Below are positions 25,715 to 38,775 of a stretch of 64,000 nt of DNA, one piece after another. Numbering within the stretch: position 1 is the first letter of the stretch; each line of letters begins with the position of its first letter. The notes below the pieces were generated by a model. That model ran no database searches, had not been told where the DNA came from, and saw only the letters and a list, made by a program, of their open reading frames with translations. Made by a program: the position numbers and the translations under genes. Origin of the DNA: an uncultured Acidobacteriota bacterium (GTDB lineage: Bacteria > Acidobacteriota > Thermoanaerobaculia > Gp7-AA8); the NCBI GenBank assembly GCA_963821585.1, contig CAWGEI010000005.1:1094603-1158602 (forward strand). The letters are read 5' to 3'.

Positions 25715-27003
25715 TCCAATTCGCTCCAATCGATTGTTGTGGGAACGTTCGACTTCGCGAACAGCGAAGTCAGCATTTCCGCGGGAGTGTAAACGCGAAC
25801 GTCGCCGAGCTCACTCGGGCGCCGGTGCTTCATGGAGAACAGCGTCCGTTGCGTGACGTATTCGAAGTTCGCGTAGTAGTCGTCGTCCTTGCGCTGGTCG
25901 AACATCGCTTTCAGCGTCTCGAGCTGGCGGGTGAGGGGGTCGTCGAGGCTTCGAGTCGCCGAGTCGACGAGAGGCCCTTGACGACTCGACGACTTGTCGG
26001 CCCGGCGACTCGTTCTCGGGGGCTCCAGTCCCACCATCGCCCGGATGTCCAGCTCCGCCGGCTTCTTCCGCTTCGGCTCGCGGTGCGGCATCAGCAGCGC
26101 CGGGATCTTCAGGCAGTTCGCCTGATGGATCGCGTCGCTGCGCGTGATCCAGCCGAGGTTTGTCACCCCGCAGCGCGCCGACACGTTCCGCGTGAGATTG
26201 TCCAGGAACGGCTTCACCGCCGTTTCGAACGAGTCCTCCACGCCGTTGAACAGATTCAGCACGTAGTGAACGCGGAACTCGTCGATCGTCGTCTGCACCG
26301 TCCGCGTGATCGGGTGATCGCCGAGGTTCTCGGCCAGATCGAAGCCGAACGCGTCGAGGTTCTGCACCGACGAGTCGTACACGTCCTCCACCTGATCGAT
26401 CAGCTCGTTGATCAGCTTGAACGAGAACGCGCTGTCCGGGACCGTGTCGAAGAACGGCGAGCTCTTACTGAAGATCAGGCGCAGCTTCCGGAAGAGGATC
26501 GCCTTCACGATGTCCGAGGCGGCGAGCGTTGCGCTCGGGAGGTGCGGCGTGAAGACCAGGACCCCCGAATTCGAGAACGGGAGGAAGTCGATCACGTTCG
26601 CGTCCAGGCCCGCCCGCATGTCCAGGATCACGTAATCCGCCGGCAGCGTGTTGATCGCCTCGATCAGCTTCGCCTTGTGCGCCGCGCCGAAGTTCGTGAT
26701 CTCCTCGATGAGGTGCAGCGGCCCCGCGACGAAGCCGAAGTTGCTGTAGCGCTTCTCCGGATCGAGGCGGTCGTCGAGCGTGGTCACACAGTTCGCGAGC
26801 GGCTCCCCGCGGCGGAAGAAATGGTAGAGATCCTTCCCGATCGGGACGTCGATGGCGTTGCGGATCGCGGACGTGCCGGTGTCGAGATCGACGAGGATGG
26901 TGCGTCCCTGGCGAGAGAGCGCGAGCGCGAAATTGATGGCGAACGTGGTCTTGCCCACGCCGCCCTTCCCGGACGAGACAGGGATGATGCGCTTGATCGC
27001 CAC
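25711..27003 (-). CDS. MinD/ParA-family P-loop ATPase with a ~170-aa C-terminal extension
   Basis: Deviant Walker A SSGKGGVGKTT and ILDMRAGLD (Walker B-like). A GTG start at 27003 was chosen, since upstream track sequence overlaps the crp-like gene on the other strand. The stop overlaps the M28 gene start. Confidence 0.7.
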   Translation of the reverse strand: MAIKRIIPVSSGKGGVGKTTFAINFALALSRQGRTILVDLDTGTSAIRNAIDVPIGKDLYHFFRRGEPLANCVTTLDDRLDPEKRYSNFGFVAGPLHLIEEITNFGAAHKAKLIEAINTLPADYVILDMRAGLDANVIDFLPFSNSGVLVFTPHLPSATLAASDIVKAILFRKLRLIFSKSSPFFDTVPDSAFSFKLINELIDQVEDVYDSSVQNLDAFGFDLAENLGDHPITRTVQTTIDEFRVHYVLNLFNGVEDSFETAVKPFLDNLTRNVSARCGVTNLGWITRSDAIHQANCLKIPALLMPHREPKRKKPAELDIRAMVGLEPPRTSRRADKSSSRQGPLVDSATRSLDDPLTRQLETLKAMFDQRKDDDYYANFEYVTQRTLFSMKHRRPSELGDVRVYTPAEMLTSLFAKSNVPTTIDWSELE

Positions 27004-27042
27004 CAGACTCAGTCTAACAACAGTTACAATTCCGCCACCCTC

Positions 27043-27726
27043 ATGCAAACCTCCTTCTTCAGAAAATTTCCCCTCTTCGCGGATCTGGACGACCGCGAGC
27101 TGGCGGCGATCGCCGCGGTGGCCAAGAGCCGCCGCTACGCGAAAGACGAGGTTGTTTTCTATGCCGACGAGAGCGGAGACATCTTCTGCCTGATCCGCGA
27201 AGGGCAGGTGAAGGTCACGATGATCTCGCCCGAGGGCAAGGAGATCATCCTCAAGCTCCTCGGTCCCGGAGACTTCTTCGGCGAGATGGCGCTGCTCGAC
27301 GACGAGCCGCGCTCCGCCACCGTCGTCTCCACCGAGCCGCTCGAGCTGGTGACCATCTGGCGGAACGACTTCCTGCAGATCCTCGCCGAGAACTTCACCC
27401 TCACGCGCAAAGTGCTGGCCGAGCTGTCGCGCCGCCTGCGCAGTGCGTCCAGCCGCATCGAGTCGCTGGCGACGATGGACGTCTACGGCCGCCTGGCGCG
27501 CTTCTTCCTCGACCTCGCGCGCGACCAGGGCAAGGTCCTCGACAACGGCTACATCGCCGTCACGCGCCCGACGCACCAGGCCATGGCCAACATGATCGGC
27601 ACGTCCCGCGAGACCGTCTCCCGCCTCATCCACGACCTGATGCGGCAGAACCTCCTGATCTCCGAGGGAAAGACGATCTATCTGAAGAAGACGGCGATCG
27701 AGCAGTTCAAGGAAGAAGCAACGTAG
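27043..27726 (+). CDS. CRP/FNR family transcriptional regulator
   Basis: cNMP-binding domain (GDFFGEMALLD...RSATV) and a C-terminal HTH (MIGTSRETVSRLIHDL). Confidence 0.9.
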   Translation: MQTSFFRKFPLFADLDDRELAAIAAVAKSRRYAKDEVVFYADESGDIFCLIREGQVKVTMISPEGKEIILKLLGPGDFFGEMALLDDEPRSATVVSTEPLELVTIWRNDFLQILAENFTLTRKVLAELSRRLRSASSRIESLATMDVYGRLARFFLDLARDQGKVLDNGYIAVTRPTHQAMANMIGTSRETVSRLIHDLMRQNLLISEGKTIYLKKTAIEQFKEEAT

Positions 27727-27727
27727 A

Positions 27728-27790
27728 AGTCCTGAGTCCTCAGTCCTGAGTCCTGAGTAGGGCGGGACTCAGGACTCAGGACTCAGGACT
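27728..27790. repeat. hairpin built of GTCCTGA heptamers (arms 27728-27758 / 27767-27790)
   Basis: AGTCCTGAGTCCTCAGTCCTGAGTCCTGAGT agggcggg ACTCAGGACTCAGGACTCAGGACT. It starts 2 nt after the crp-like stop and ends 5 nt before the next ATG. Confidence 0.85.
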
Positions 27791-27795
27791 CGTTC

Positions 27796-28365
27796 ATGCG
27801 CCACATCCCCAATATCCTGACCTGCGCCCGCTTAGTGCTGGTGCCGTGCTTCCTCTTCGCGTCGATGCGGGGGATGTTCGTCGTGGCGTTCGTGATCTTC
27901 GTCTCCGCCGCGGTCACCGATATTCTCGACGGCATGATCGCGCGGCGGTTGAACGTGAAGTCGCGTCTCGGGGCGCTGCTCGATCCGGCGGCCGACAAGA
28001 CGCTGATGGTGTGCGGGTTCATCTACTACACGTTCGGGGACAACGTTCCGCGGCTGCCGCTGCCGGGATGGCTGACGTTCACGGTGTTCATCCGCGATTT
28101 CCTGATCGCGGCCTTCGCCTATCTGATGTACACGCGCGTCCACATCACGCGCTTCCCGCCGACCTGGGCGGGGAAGACGTCGACGGTGATTCAGGCCGTG
28201 ACGCTGGCGGCGACGGTGGCGGTGAATGCGTTCCTGCCGCAGCTCCGCGTTTTCGCCGAACTGCTCTTCCGGCTGTCGCTCGTCATGACCCTGTTTTCGG
28301 GCTGGGGATACATGCGCCGCGCGTCGCTGATGCTGCGCGAAGACACCCTTCCCGCGCAGGCTTGA
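27796..28365 (+). CDS. pgsA: CDP-alcohol phosphatidyltransferase (PgsA-like)
   Basis: DILDGMIARRLNVKSRLGALLDPAADK matches the DG(x)2AR...G(x)3D(x)3D motif. 189 aa, multi-pass. Confidence 0.8.
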   Translation: MRHIPNILTCARLVLVPCFLFASMRGMFVVAFVIFVSAAVTDILDGMIARRLNVKSRLGALLDPAADKTLMVCGFIYYTFGDNVPRLPLPGWLTFTVFIRDFLIAAFAYLMYTRVHITRFPPTWAGKTSTVIQAVTLAATVAVNAFLPQLRVFAELLFRLSLVMTLFSGWGYMRRASLMLREDTLPAQA

Positions 28366-28419
28366 CAGCCGCGGCAAACGGAAATACCGTGCGCCTCCAT
28401 TTGTTGTACGGAGCCCCGA

Positions 28420-28495
28420 GCCTCCATAGCTCAATTGGTAGAGCAGCGGACTCTTAATCCGTTGGTTCTAGGTTCAAGTCCTAGTGGGGGCACCA
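28420..28495 (+). tRNA. tRNA-Lys (anticodon CTT), CCA encoded
   Basis: Acceptor stem GCCTCCA/TGGGGGC, D arm GCTC..GAGC, anticodon loop CT-CTT-AA, T arm CTAGG-TTCAAGT-CCTAG, then A-CCA. Confidence 0.9.
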
Positions 28496-28509
28496 AACCG
28501 AATAGAATC

Positions 28510-28533
28510 GAGGGCGGGCATCAGCCCGCCCTC
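28510..28533. other. GC hairpin between the two tRNA genes
   Basis: GAGGGCGGGC atca GCCCGCCCTC. Confidence 0.5.
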
Positions 28534-28542
28534 CGTGTATTT

Positions 28543-28628
28543 GCGAAAGTGGCGGAATTGGCAGACGCGCTGGACTTAGGATCCAGTGGCCCAAAGCCGT
28601 GTGGGTTCGAGTCCCACCTTTCGCACCA
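28543..28628 (+). tRNA. tRNA-Leu (anticodon TAG), long variable arm, CCA encoded
   Basis: Acceptor stem GCGAAAG/CTTTCGC, anticodon stem-loop CTGGA-CT-TAG-GA-TCCAG, T arm GTGGG-TTCGAGT-CCCAC, then A-CCA. Confidence 0.9.
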
Positions 28629-28631
28629 ACC

Positions 28632-28725
28632 CAGTTGACAGTTCGCAGTTGGCAGTTGACAGGAACCATCGGCCGAAGCCGCGTCCCTGAGCTCCTGTCA
28701 ACTGCCAACTGTCAACTGCCAACTG
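28632..28725. repeat. GTTGGCAGTTGACAGG-family hairpin (33-nt arms of CAGTTGN heptamers)
   Basis: CAGTTGACAGTTCGCAGTTGGCAGTTGACAGGA ... TCCTGTCAACTGCCAACTGTCAACTGCCAACTG. Confidence 0.85.
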
Positions 28726-28731
28726 AAGACT

Positions 28732-30003
28732 ATGACCGTTCTTAATTACGAAGAGCTTTCCCCCGTCCAGAAGACCATCGAAGTCGAGATCCCTGCCGCT
28801 CTGCTGACCCGCGAGGCGGACCGCGTGACGAACGAGTTCGGCCGCCAGGCCAACGTTCCCGGTTTCCGTCCCGGCAAGATCCCGGCGAGCGTGATCCGTT
28901 CGCGCTTCGCGAAGGAGATCCAGGAGGAAGTGGTCACCCGCGTTCTCGGGGAATCCTTCCGCCACGCGATGCAGGAGAAGGGGCTCGAGCCGGTCGGTGA
29001 GCCGCGCCTGGAGCACATCGATCCGTTCATCGAGGGCGCGCCGATGAAGTACAAGGCGGTCTTCGAAGTGAAGCCGCAGATCGACCTCGGCGAGTACCGC
29101 GGCATCGAGGTCTCGGAGCCGACGATCGAGGTGACGGAGACGGACGTCGACGCGATGATCGAGCGCCTGCGCGATCAGGCCAGCGCGTACCGCGTCGAGA
29201 CCGAGCGCGGGCTCGACGACGGCGACTTCGCCGTGATCGAGATCGCCTCCTCCGCCGACGACATCGAGACCAAGACCGACGCCGGCCACTTCAAGATGGG
29301 CGAGGAGACGCCGCTGCCCGAGCTGCACGACGAGCTGCGCGGCAAGAAGGCCGGCGAGGTGGCCTCGTTCGACAAGGCCTACGGCGAGGACGCGAGCCAG
29401 GAAGGATGGCGCGGCAAGACCATCCACCACGACGTCACGCTGAAAGAGATCCGCATCCAGGAGAAGCCCGAGGTCAACGACGAGTTCGCGAAATCCGTCG
29501 GCGGCTGGGACACGGTCGCGCTGATGCGCGAGACCATCGAGGGCGACATCCGCAAGCACCGCGAGGTCGAGGCCCAGCGCTTCAAACGCACCCAGGTCGG
29601 CGAGAAGCTGCTCGCCGCGCACACCTTCGACGTGCCGGACACGCTGGTCGACGAAGAGCTCGGGAAGTCGCTGAACAACTACGCGCGCTACCTCGCGTCG
29701 CAGGGAGTGAACCTGGAGCAGGCGGAGATCGACTGGCGCAAGATCGGGGAGGAGTTCCGCCCCGAGGCCGTCAAGCGCGTGAAGCGGTCGCTGATCCTCG
29801 AAGCGATCGCGAAGAAAGAAGGACTCGACGTGAGCGACGTGGAAGTCGACGCCGAGATCCGCCGCGCCGCCCGCGAGCAGGAGCGCGAGTTCGCCGACGT
29901 GAAGCACCACCTCAAGCACGAAGGCGGCTACGAAGCGCTGCGCGGGTCCCTGGCGCAGGAGCGGGCGCTGGAGCTGGTGCTGAGCGAGGCGAAGGCGCAC
30001 TGA
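28732..30003 (+). CDS. tig: trigger factor
   Basis: The N-terminal ribosome-binding region contains GFRPGKIPASVIRSRF. Full-length Tig architecture, located upstream of clpP-clpX-lon. Confidence 0.95.
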   Translation: MTVLNYEELSPVQKTIEVEIPAALLTREADRVTNEFGRQANVPGFRPGKIPASVIRSRFAKEIQEEVVTRVLGESFRHAMQEKGLEPVGEPRLEHIDPFIEGAPMKYKAVFEVKPQIDLGEYRGIEVSEPTIEVTETDVDAMIERLRDQASAYRVETERGLDDGDFAVIEIASSADDIETKTDAGHFKMGEETPLPELHDELRGKKAGEVASFDKAYGEDASQEGWRGKTIHHDVTLKEIRIQEKPEVNDEFAKSVGGWDTVALMRETIEGDIRKHREVEAQRFKRTQVGEKLLAAHTFDVPDTLVDEELGKSLNNYARYLASQGVNLEQAEIDWRKIGEEFRPEAVKRVKRSLILEAIAKKEGLDVSDVEVDAEIRRAAREQEREFADVKHHLKHEGGYEALRGSLAQERALELVLSEAKAH

Positions 30004-30008
30004 AAAGG

Positions 30009-30079
30009 CGTGACCCGTTGCCCGTGACCCGTGACCTGTCCGTGGAAGCCGGGCAACGGGCAACGGATCACGGGTCACG
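30009..30079. repeat. imperfect hairpin of CGTGACC / CGTTGCC heptamers after tig
   Basis: CGTGACCCGTTGCCCGTGACCCGTGACC ... GGGCAACGGGCAACGGATCACGGGTCACG. Confidence 0.7.
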
Positions 30080-30125
30080 ATTGACGGGTGTGGTTAGATA
30101 CCGGCAGTGAAGGAGACCGAAACCC

Positions 30126-30713
30126 ATGGTGTTGATCCCGATGGTCGTCGAGCAGACCTCGCGCGGCGAGCGTGCTTACGACATTTACTCCCGACTCCTC
30201 AAAGACAACGTCATCTTCCTCGGCCAGCCGATCGACGACAACATCGCGAATCTGGTGATCGCGCAGTTGCTGTTTCTGGAGGCGGAGAACCCGGAGAAGG
30301 ACATCTCCCTGTACATCAATTCGCCGGGCGGGTCGATCACGGCCGGCTTCGCGATCTACGACACGATGAAGTACGTGAAGCCTGACATTGCAACAATTTG
30401 TATCGGGCAGTGTGCCTCGTTCGCGGCTGTGCTACTCGCCGCGGGGACGAAAGGCAAGCGTTACGTGCTGCCGAACTCCCGCGTCCTGATCCATCAGCCG
30501 TGGCTCCAGGGCCTCGGCGGCCAGGCGTCCGATATCGACATCCACGCGAAGGACATCCTGCGTATGCGCCATCGGCTCAATGAGATCCTCGCGGATCACA
30601 CCGGCCAGCCGATCGAGCGGATCGAGCGGGATACCGACCGCGACTACATTCTGGAGGCCAAGGCGGCGCAGGAATATGGCATCGTCGACCAGGTGATCAC
30701 CAAGCGCGACTGA
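30126..30713 (+). CDS. clpP: ATP-dependent Clp protease proteolytic subunit
   Basis: [21 protein letters not shown]... with catalytic Ser in GQCASFAA and His in IHQP. Confidence 0.97.
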   Translation: MVLIPMVVEQTSRGERAYDIYSRLLKDNVIFLGQPIDDNIANLVIAQLLFLEAENPEKDISLYINSPGGSITAGFAIYDTMKYVKPDIATICIGQCASFAAVLLAAGTKGKRYVLPNSRVLIHQPWLQGLGGQASDIDIHAKDILRMRHRLNEILADHTGQPIERIERDTDRDYILEAKAAQEYGIVDQVITKRD

Positions 30714-30807
30714 CGGGGGCTCGGAATGAGCTGACTCTACGCTCAGTTGACTTGGGAGGCGCTCAGGAGCAATCTTGAGCAAGCTCACAAAAAGGACCCA
30801 ATCGGAC

Positions 30808-32058
30808 ATGTCGAAGAAGGGGAACAGCGGCGACGTCCTTCGTTGCAGCTTCTGCAACAAGTCACAGCGTGACGTCAAGAAGTTGATCGCCGGGCCCACC
30901 GTCTATATCTGCGATGAGTGCGTAGACATCTGTCTCGACATCATCGCGGAGGATCGCAAGGACGAGCCGGGCGCGCTGGAAGGCGCCGGGCACCTGCCGA
31001 AGCCCAAGGAGATCAAGGACTTCCTCGATCTCTACGTCATCGGCCAGGAGCGCGCCAAGAAGAAGCTCGCGGTCGCTGTGTACAACCACTACAAGCGGAT
31101 CGACTACCAGTCGCGGAACACGCGCCAGGACGTCGAGCTGCAGAAGTCGAACATCCTCCTGATCGGCCCCACCGGCACCGGCAAGACTCTGCTCGCGCAG
31201 ACTCTGGCCCGGATGCTCTCGGTGCCGTTCACGATTGTCGACGCGACCACGCTCACCGAGGCCGGCTATGTCGGTGAGGACGTCGAGAACATCATCCTCA
31301 AGCTCTACCAGGCCGCCGGCAACGACAAGGAAAAGACCCAGCGCGGCATCGTCTACATCGACGAGGTCGACAAGATCTGCCGCAAGGGCGACAACCCGTC
31401 GATCACGCGCGACGTGAGCGGCGAGGGCGTCCAGCAGGCCCTGCTGAAGATCCTCGAGGGCACGGTCGCCAACGTTCCGCCGCAGGGCGGCCGCAAGCAC
31501 CCCCACCAGGAGTTCATCCAGATCGACACGACGAACATCCTCTTCATCTGCGGAGGCGCGTTCGTGGGCCTGGACGGCGTCATCGAGCGCCGCCTGTCCC
31601 AGACGTCGATGGGCTTCGGCGCGAAGATCGCCTCGAAGAAGGAGAGGAAGACCGGCGAGCTGCTCGCGCAGTCGCATCCGGAAGACCTCATCCGCTTCGG
31701 CCTGATCCCGGAGTTCGTCGGCCGCCTGCCGGTGGTCGCGACGCTGGCCGAGCTGGACAAGGCCGCGCTCATCGAGATCCTCCGCGAGCCGAAGAACTCC
31801 CTGGTCCGCCAGTACCAGACCATCATGGGCTTCGAGAGCGTCGAGCTCCGCTTCACGGACGACGCCCTCGAGGCGATCGCCGAGGAAGCGCTGAAGCGCA
31901 ACGTCGGCGCGCGCGGCCTGAAGATCATCATCGAAGAGCTGATGCTCGAGATGATGTACACGATCCCCTCGGAGCACTCGATCACGGAGTGCGTGATCAC
32001 GAAGGAAGTCGTGGAGAATCGCACCCAGCCGATCACGCTTTACAAGAAAGCGGGGTAG
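30808..32058 (+). CDS. clpX: ATP-dependent Clp protease ATP-binding subunit ClpX
   Basis: Zinc-finger [26 protein letters not shown], Walker A GPTGTGKT, and the pore loop GYVG. Confidence 0.97.
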   Translation: MSKKGNSGDVLRCSFCNKSQRDVKKLIAGPTVYICDECVDICLDIIAEDRKDEPGALEGAGHLPKPKEIKDFLDLYVIGQERAKKKLAVAVYNHYKRIDYQSRNTRQDVELQKSNILLIGPTGTGKTLLAQTLARMLSVPFTIVDATTLTEAGYVGEDVENIILKLYQAAGNDKEKTQRGIVYIDEVDKICRKGDNPSITRDVSGEGVQQALLKILEGTVANVPPQGGRKHPHQEFIQIDTTNILFICGGAFVGLDGVIERRLSQTSMGFGAKIASKKERKTGELLAQSHPEDLIRFGLIPEFVGRLPVVATLAELDKAALIEILREPKNSLVRQYQTIMGFESVELRFTDDALEAIAEEALKRNVGARGLKIIIEELMLEMMYTIPSEHSITECVITKEVVENRTQPITLYKKAG

Positions 32059-32183
32059 TTGGCAGTCTGTAGTTGGCAGTTCACAGGAGAGAACACCCAT
32101 GACGGGCCGCGAAAGCGGCCCGTTTCGTTTTGAACCACTTCGTATTCCCGCTCCTGTCAACTGCAAACTGCAAACTGCCAACT
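32057..32183. repeat. GTTGGCAG-family hairpin (arms 32057-32089 / 32151-32183) enclosing a canonical terminator
   Basis: AGTTGGCAGTCTGTAGTTGGCAGTTCACAGGAG ... CTCCTGTCAACTGCAAACTGCAAACTGCCAACT. The clpX TAG stop is the first 2 nt of the repeat context TAGTTGGCAG. Confidence 0.85.
32102..32131 (+). terminator. intrinsic terminator after clpX
   Basis: ACGGGCCGC gaaa GCGGCCCGT followed by TTCGTTTT. Confidence 0.75.
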
Positions 32184-32231
32184 CCGTTCGGGAAGTTTTT
32201 CCCTCGTATTCGGCGTATAACAGACTCGAAC

Positions 32232-34637
<2,406 letters not shown>

Positions 34638-34667
34638 GGACGGCCGGTCATCATTTGCGGACATCGA

Positions 34668-34700
34668 CGGCGGGCTTCGGCCCGCCGTTTCGCGTATTTC
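34668..34700 (+). terminator. intrinsic terminator after lon
   Basis: GGCGGGC ttcg GCCCGCC followed by GTTTCGCGTATTTCG. Confidence 0.6.
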
Positions 34701-34758
34701 GGAATGTTTTTACTGGCACACGGACGGCAGAAGACGGCAGCTTCCCGGAGGTCATCGA

Positions 34759-36312
34759 GTGCGAATCCTCCCCCTGGTGGTCCTGCTGCTGGCCGTCCCG
34801 CTGTTCGCGCAGCGCTTCGACGACTCCGTCACGGTCAACGTCGTGGACGTCCCGGTGTACGTCGAGCGCTTCGGCGTTCCGATCGAGGGCCTCACGCGCG
34901 AGGACTTCACGCTGTTCGTCGACGGCAAGCCGCAGCCGATCGAGTACTTCGACATGGTCGAGGACCAGCGCGGACCGGAGAAGGCGGTGGCGGACGTTCA
35001 CGCGGACCTGAAACGGCGCCGGCTCATCGTCCTCCTCTTCGACGTAGCCGCCTCCTCTCATTCGCTGCAGCGCTCGCGCGAGGCGGCGATGAAGTACGTG
35101 TCCGCGGGATCGGCGGGAGACAGCTTCGCGGTGGCGACGATCGGCCGTTCCGGCGTTCGCTTCGTCGCGGCATTCACGAACGACCGCGTGGCCGTGCAGC
35201 GCGCGATCGGGACGCTCGCTCCGAGCGCGTCGCACGATCCGTTTCGCATCGCCACCCTCGACGCCGAGCGGTCGATGTGGGCCCAGGCCACGCGCGGCGG
35301 CGCGGAGGCGGGCAGCGGTTCGTTCAGCGACATCTGGAGCGACCAGATCGCACCGGGTGGCGTGGGGACCTCCAGCGCCGCGGCGAATGCCGCGCAATTC
35401 GAGCGAACCGTCCGGGAGATGGAAGCGCTGGAGGAGGAAGGGCTCAGCATCGGATTCATCGAGCACCTCACGAGACTGGCGGACCGGCTCGCGCCGCTGG
35501 AGGGCGTGAAGCAGGTCGTGCTGATGTCGGAACGGCGCAACGACGACGACGAGGACGAGGGCTTCGTGAACCGGCGAGCGACGCGCCTCCATGCGCACTA
35601 TCGCGCGGCGGGTGTGATCCTGAACGGCGTCGACATCCGTCCCCTGACCGTCCCCGCGGGGGAGGCGATCTCCACGGAGCCCGGCGGCCGCTCGCGCGCG
35701 CCGAGCGCGCTCGTATCCAACTTCCTCTACATGCTGGCGCTGGACACGGGCGGCATCGTGACGTCGACGCTGCCGCAGCTGCTGGATCGCAACCGCATCG
35801 CCTACGTGATCGGATTCCAGACCCGTCCCGGAGTCACGAAAGGCTCGATCCGCGTGGAGGTGAAGGACCTGCCTCTGCTCGCCGACGTCCGGTACCGCAA
35901 ATCGTTCGACCTCGGCGCGGCAAAGACCGCCGACAAGGGACTGTTCCTCGCCGACACGCTGCTGAACGACATCCCGCAGAACGGGGTGACGCTCGAGCTG
36001 CGGGTGAAGGGCACCGAAGTCACGGCGAGCATCCCGGGGGTGGAGCTGTTGTCGTATGCGTCCGGCAAGCCGCTCGGTCTGGAAGTGTTCTTCTACGTCT
36101 TCGACGGTGAAGGGCGGCCGTTCGCGTGGAACCTGTTGCAAGTCGCCGTCGACCTGGAGCAGGGGCGAGACTTTCTGAGCGCCAATCCGTACACCATGAG
36201 GCAGGACCTCGCGTTACAGCCCGGGCGTTACGTGGTGAAGGCGCTCGTGCGGATCGCGGGGACCGACCGGGTGGGTTTCCGGCGCGCGGAACTGACCGTT
36301 CCGGCGTCCTGA
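34759..36312 (+). CDS. secreted VWA-domain protein of the 'VWFA-related acidobacterial' type
   Basis: Signal peptide [18 protein letters not shown], then [46 protein letters not shown] and [12 protein letters not shown], the hallmark N-terminus of that family as I recall it. Confidence 0.7.
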   Translation: MRILPLVVLLLAVPLFAQRFDDSVTVNVVDVPVYVERFGVPIEGLTREDFTLFVDGKPQPIEYFDMVEDQRGPEKAVADVHADLKRRRLIVLLFDVAASSHSLQRSREAAMKYVSAGSAGDSFAVATIGRSGVRFVAAFTNDRVAVQRAIGTLAPSASHDPFRIATLDAERSMWAQATRGGAEAGSGSFSDIWSDQIAPGGVGTSSAAANAAQFERTVREMEALEEEGLSIGFIEHLTRLADRLAPLEGVKQVVLMSERRNDDDEDEGFVNRRATRLHAHYRAAGVILNGVDIRPLTVPAGEAISTEPGGRSRAPSALVSNFLYMLALDTGGIVTSTLPQLLDRNRIAYVIGFQTRPGVTKGSIRVEVKDLPLLADVRYRKSFDLGAAKTADKGLFLADTLLNDIPQNGVTLELRVKGTEVTASIPGVELLSYASGKPLGLEVFFYVFDGEGRPFAWNLLQVAVDLEQGRDFLSANPYTMRQDLALQPGRYVVKALVRIAGTDRVGFRRAELTVPAS

Positions 36313-36351
36313 TCTGGCAGCGGATCTGCACCAGCCCGTGTATCCCGTTCA

Positions 36352-36380
36352 TTGACAGAGGGCCAGAATATCTCCACAAT
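36352..36380 (+). promoter_or_regulatory. candidate sigma70-type promoter (TTGACA - 17 nt - CACAAT)
   Basis: Located in a lower-GC spacer ~145 nt upstream of engB. Confidence 0.3.
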
Positions 36381-36524
36381 CTCCCCCGTTCATCTCCCAT
36401 AAGCTCTTCACCGTTTACCCGCGTAGCTCACACACCGGGGCTTTTGTAACCAGAAACAATGCATCCTCGACGAATCCGGTTCTCCGGATCGCCGTAGTTA
36501 CAGCAAGCCAGCTTTAACCCAATT

Positions 36525-37106
36525 TTGGACATCCGATCAGTTACGTTCCATCGGGCGGCGTACCAGCCTGGCGACTTTCCACGTGATCGACGGCCTCAGT
36601 TCGCGATGGTCGGCCGGTCCAACGTCGGCAAGTCGTCCCTGATCAACGCCGTGTTGAACCGCAAAGGCATTGCCCGCGTCAGCCAGACTCCGGGGAAGAC
36701 GCAGGCGATTCAGTTCTATCTGATCAATGAAAAGTTCTATCTCGTGGACCTTCCGGGCTACGGCTACGCGAAGGTACCGAAAAGTGTCGTCAGTACGTGG
36801 GGGGAGCTCATGCGCAGCTACCTCGAGAATGCCGCCGACCTGAAGACGATCTTTCTCCTGCTCGACATCCGGCGCGAGCCGGGCGAGCACGACCTGGACA
36901 TGCACGCCTGGGCCCGCGCGCTCGACGGCGTCGCGGAAAAGATCGTGCTGACGAAGAGTGACAAATTGTCGAACAACCAGATCGCGCAGCAGCGCAGCGT
37001 CATTGCGAAACAACTCGAGATGGATGACGAAGACCTCATTACCGCATCCGTCGTATCCAAGAAGGGCATCGACCAGATCCGGCGCGAGATGATCGCGCGT
37101 CTGTAA
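36525..37106 (+). CDS. engB: ribosome-biogenesis GTPase EngB/YsxC
   Basis: GRSNVGKSSLINAV (G1), DLPGYGYA (G3), LTKSDK (G4). TTG start. Confidence 0.85.
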   Translation: MDIRSVTFHRAAYQPGDFPRDRRPQFAMVGRSNVGKSSLINAVLNRKGIARVSQTPGKTQAIQFYLINEKFYLVDLPGYGYAKVPKSVVSTWGELMRSYLENAADLKTIFLLLDIRREPGEHDLDMHAWARALDGVAEKIVLTKSDKLSNNQIAQQRSVIAKQLEMDDEDLITASVVSKKGIDQIRREMIARL

Positions 37107-37115
37107 GAGGAAACC

Positions 37116-38732
<1,617 letters not shown>

Positions 38733-38740
38733 TCCCATTG

Positions 38741-38762
38741 AGGGCGGGCTTCGGCCCGCCCT
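38741..38762 (+). terminator. GC hairpin after rho
   Basis: AGGGCGGGC ttcg GCCCGCCCT followed by a weak T tail. Confidence 0.5.
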
Positions 38763-38775
38763 TTGACGTGCGGCC

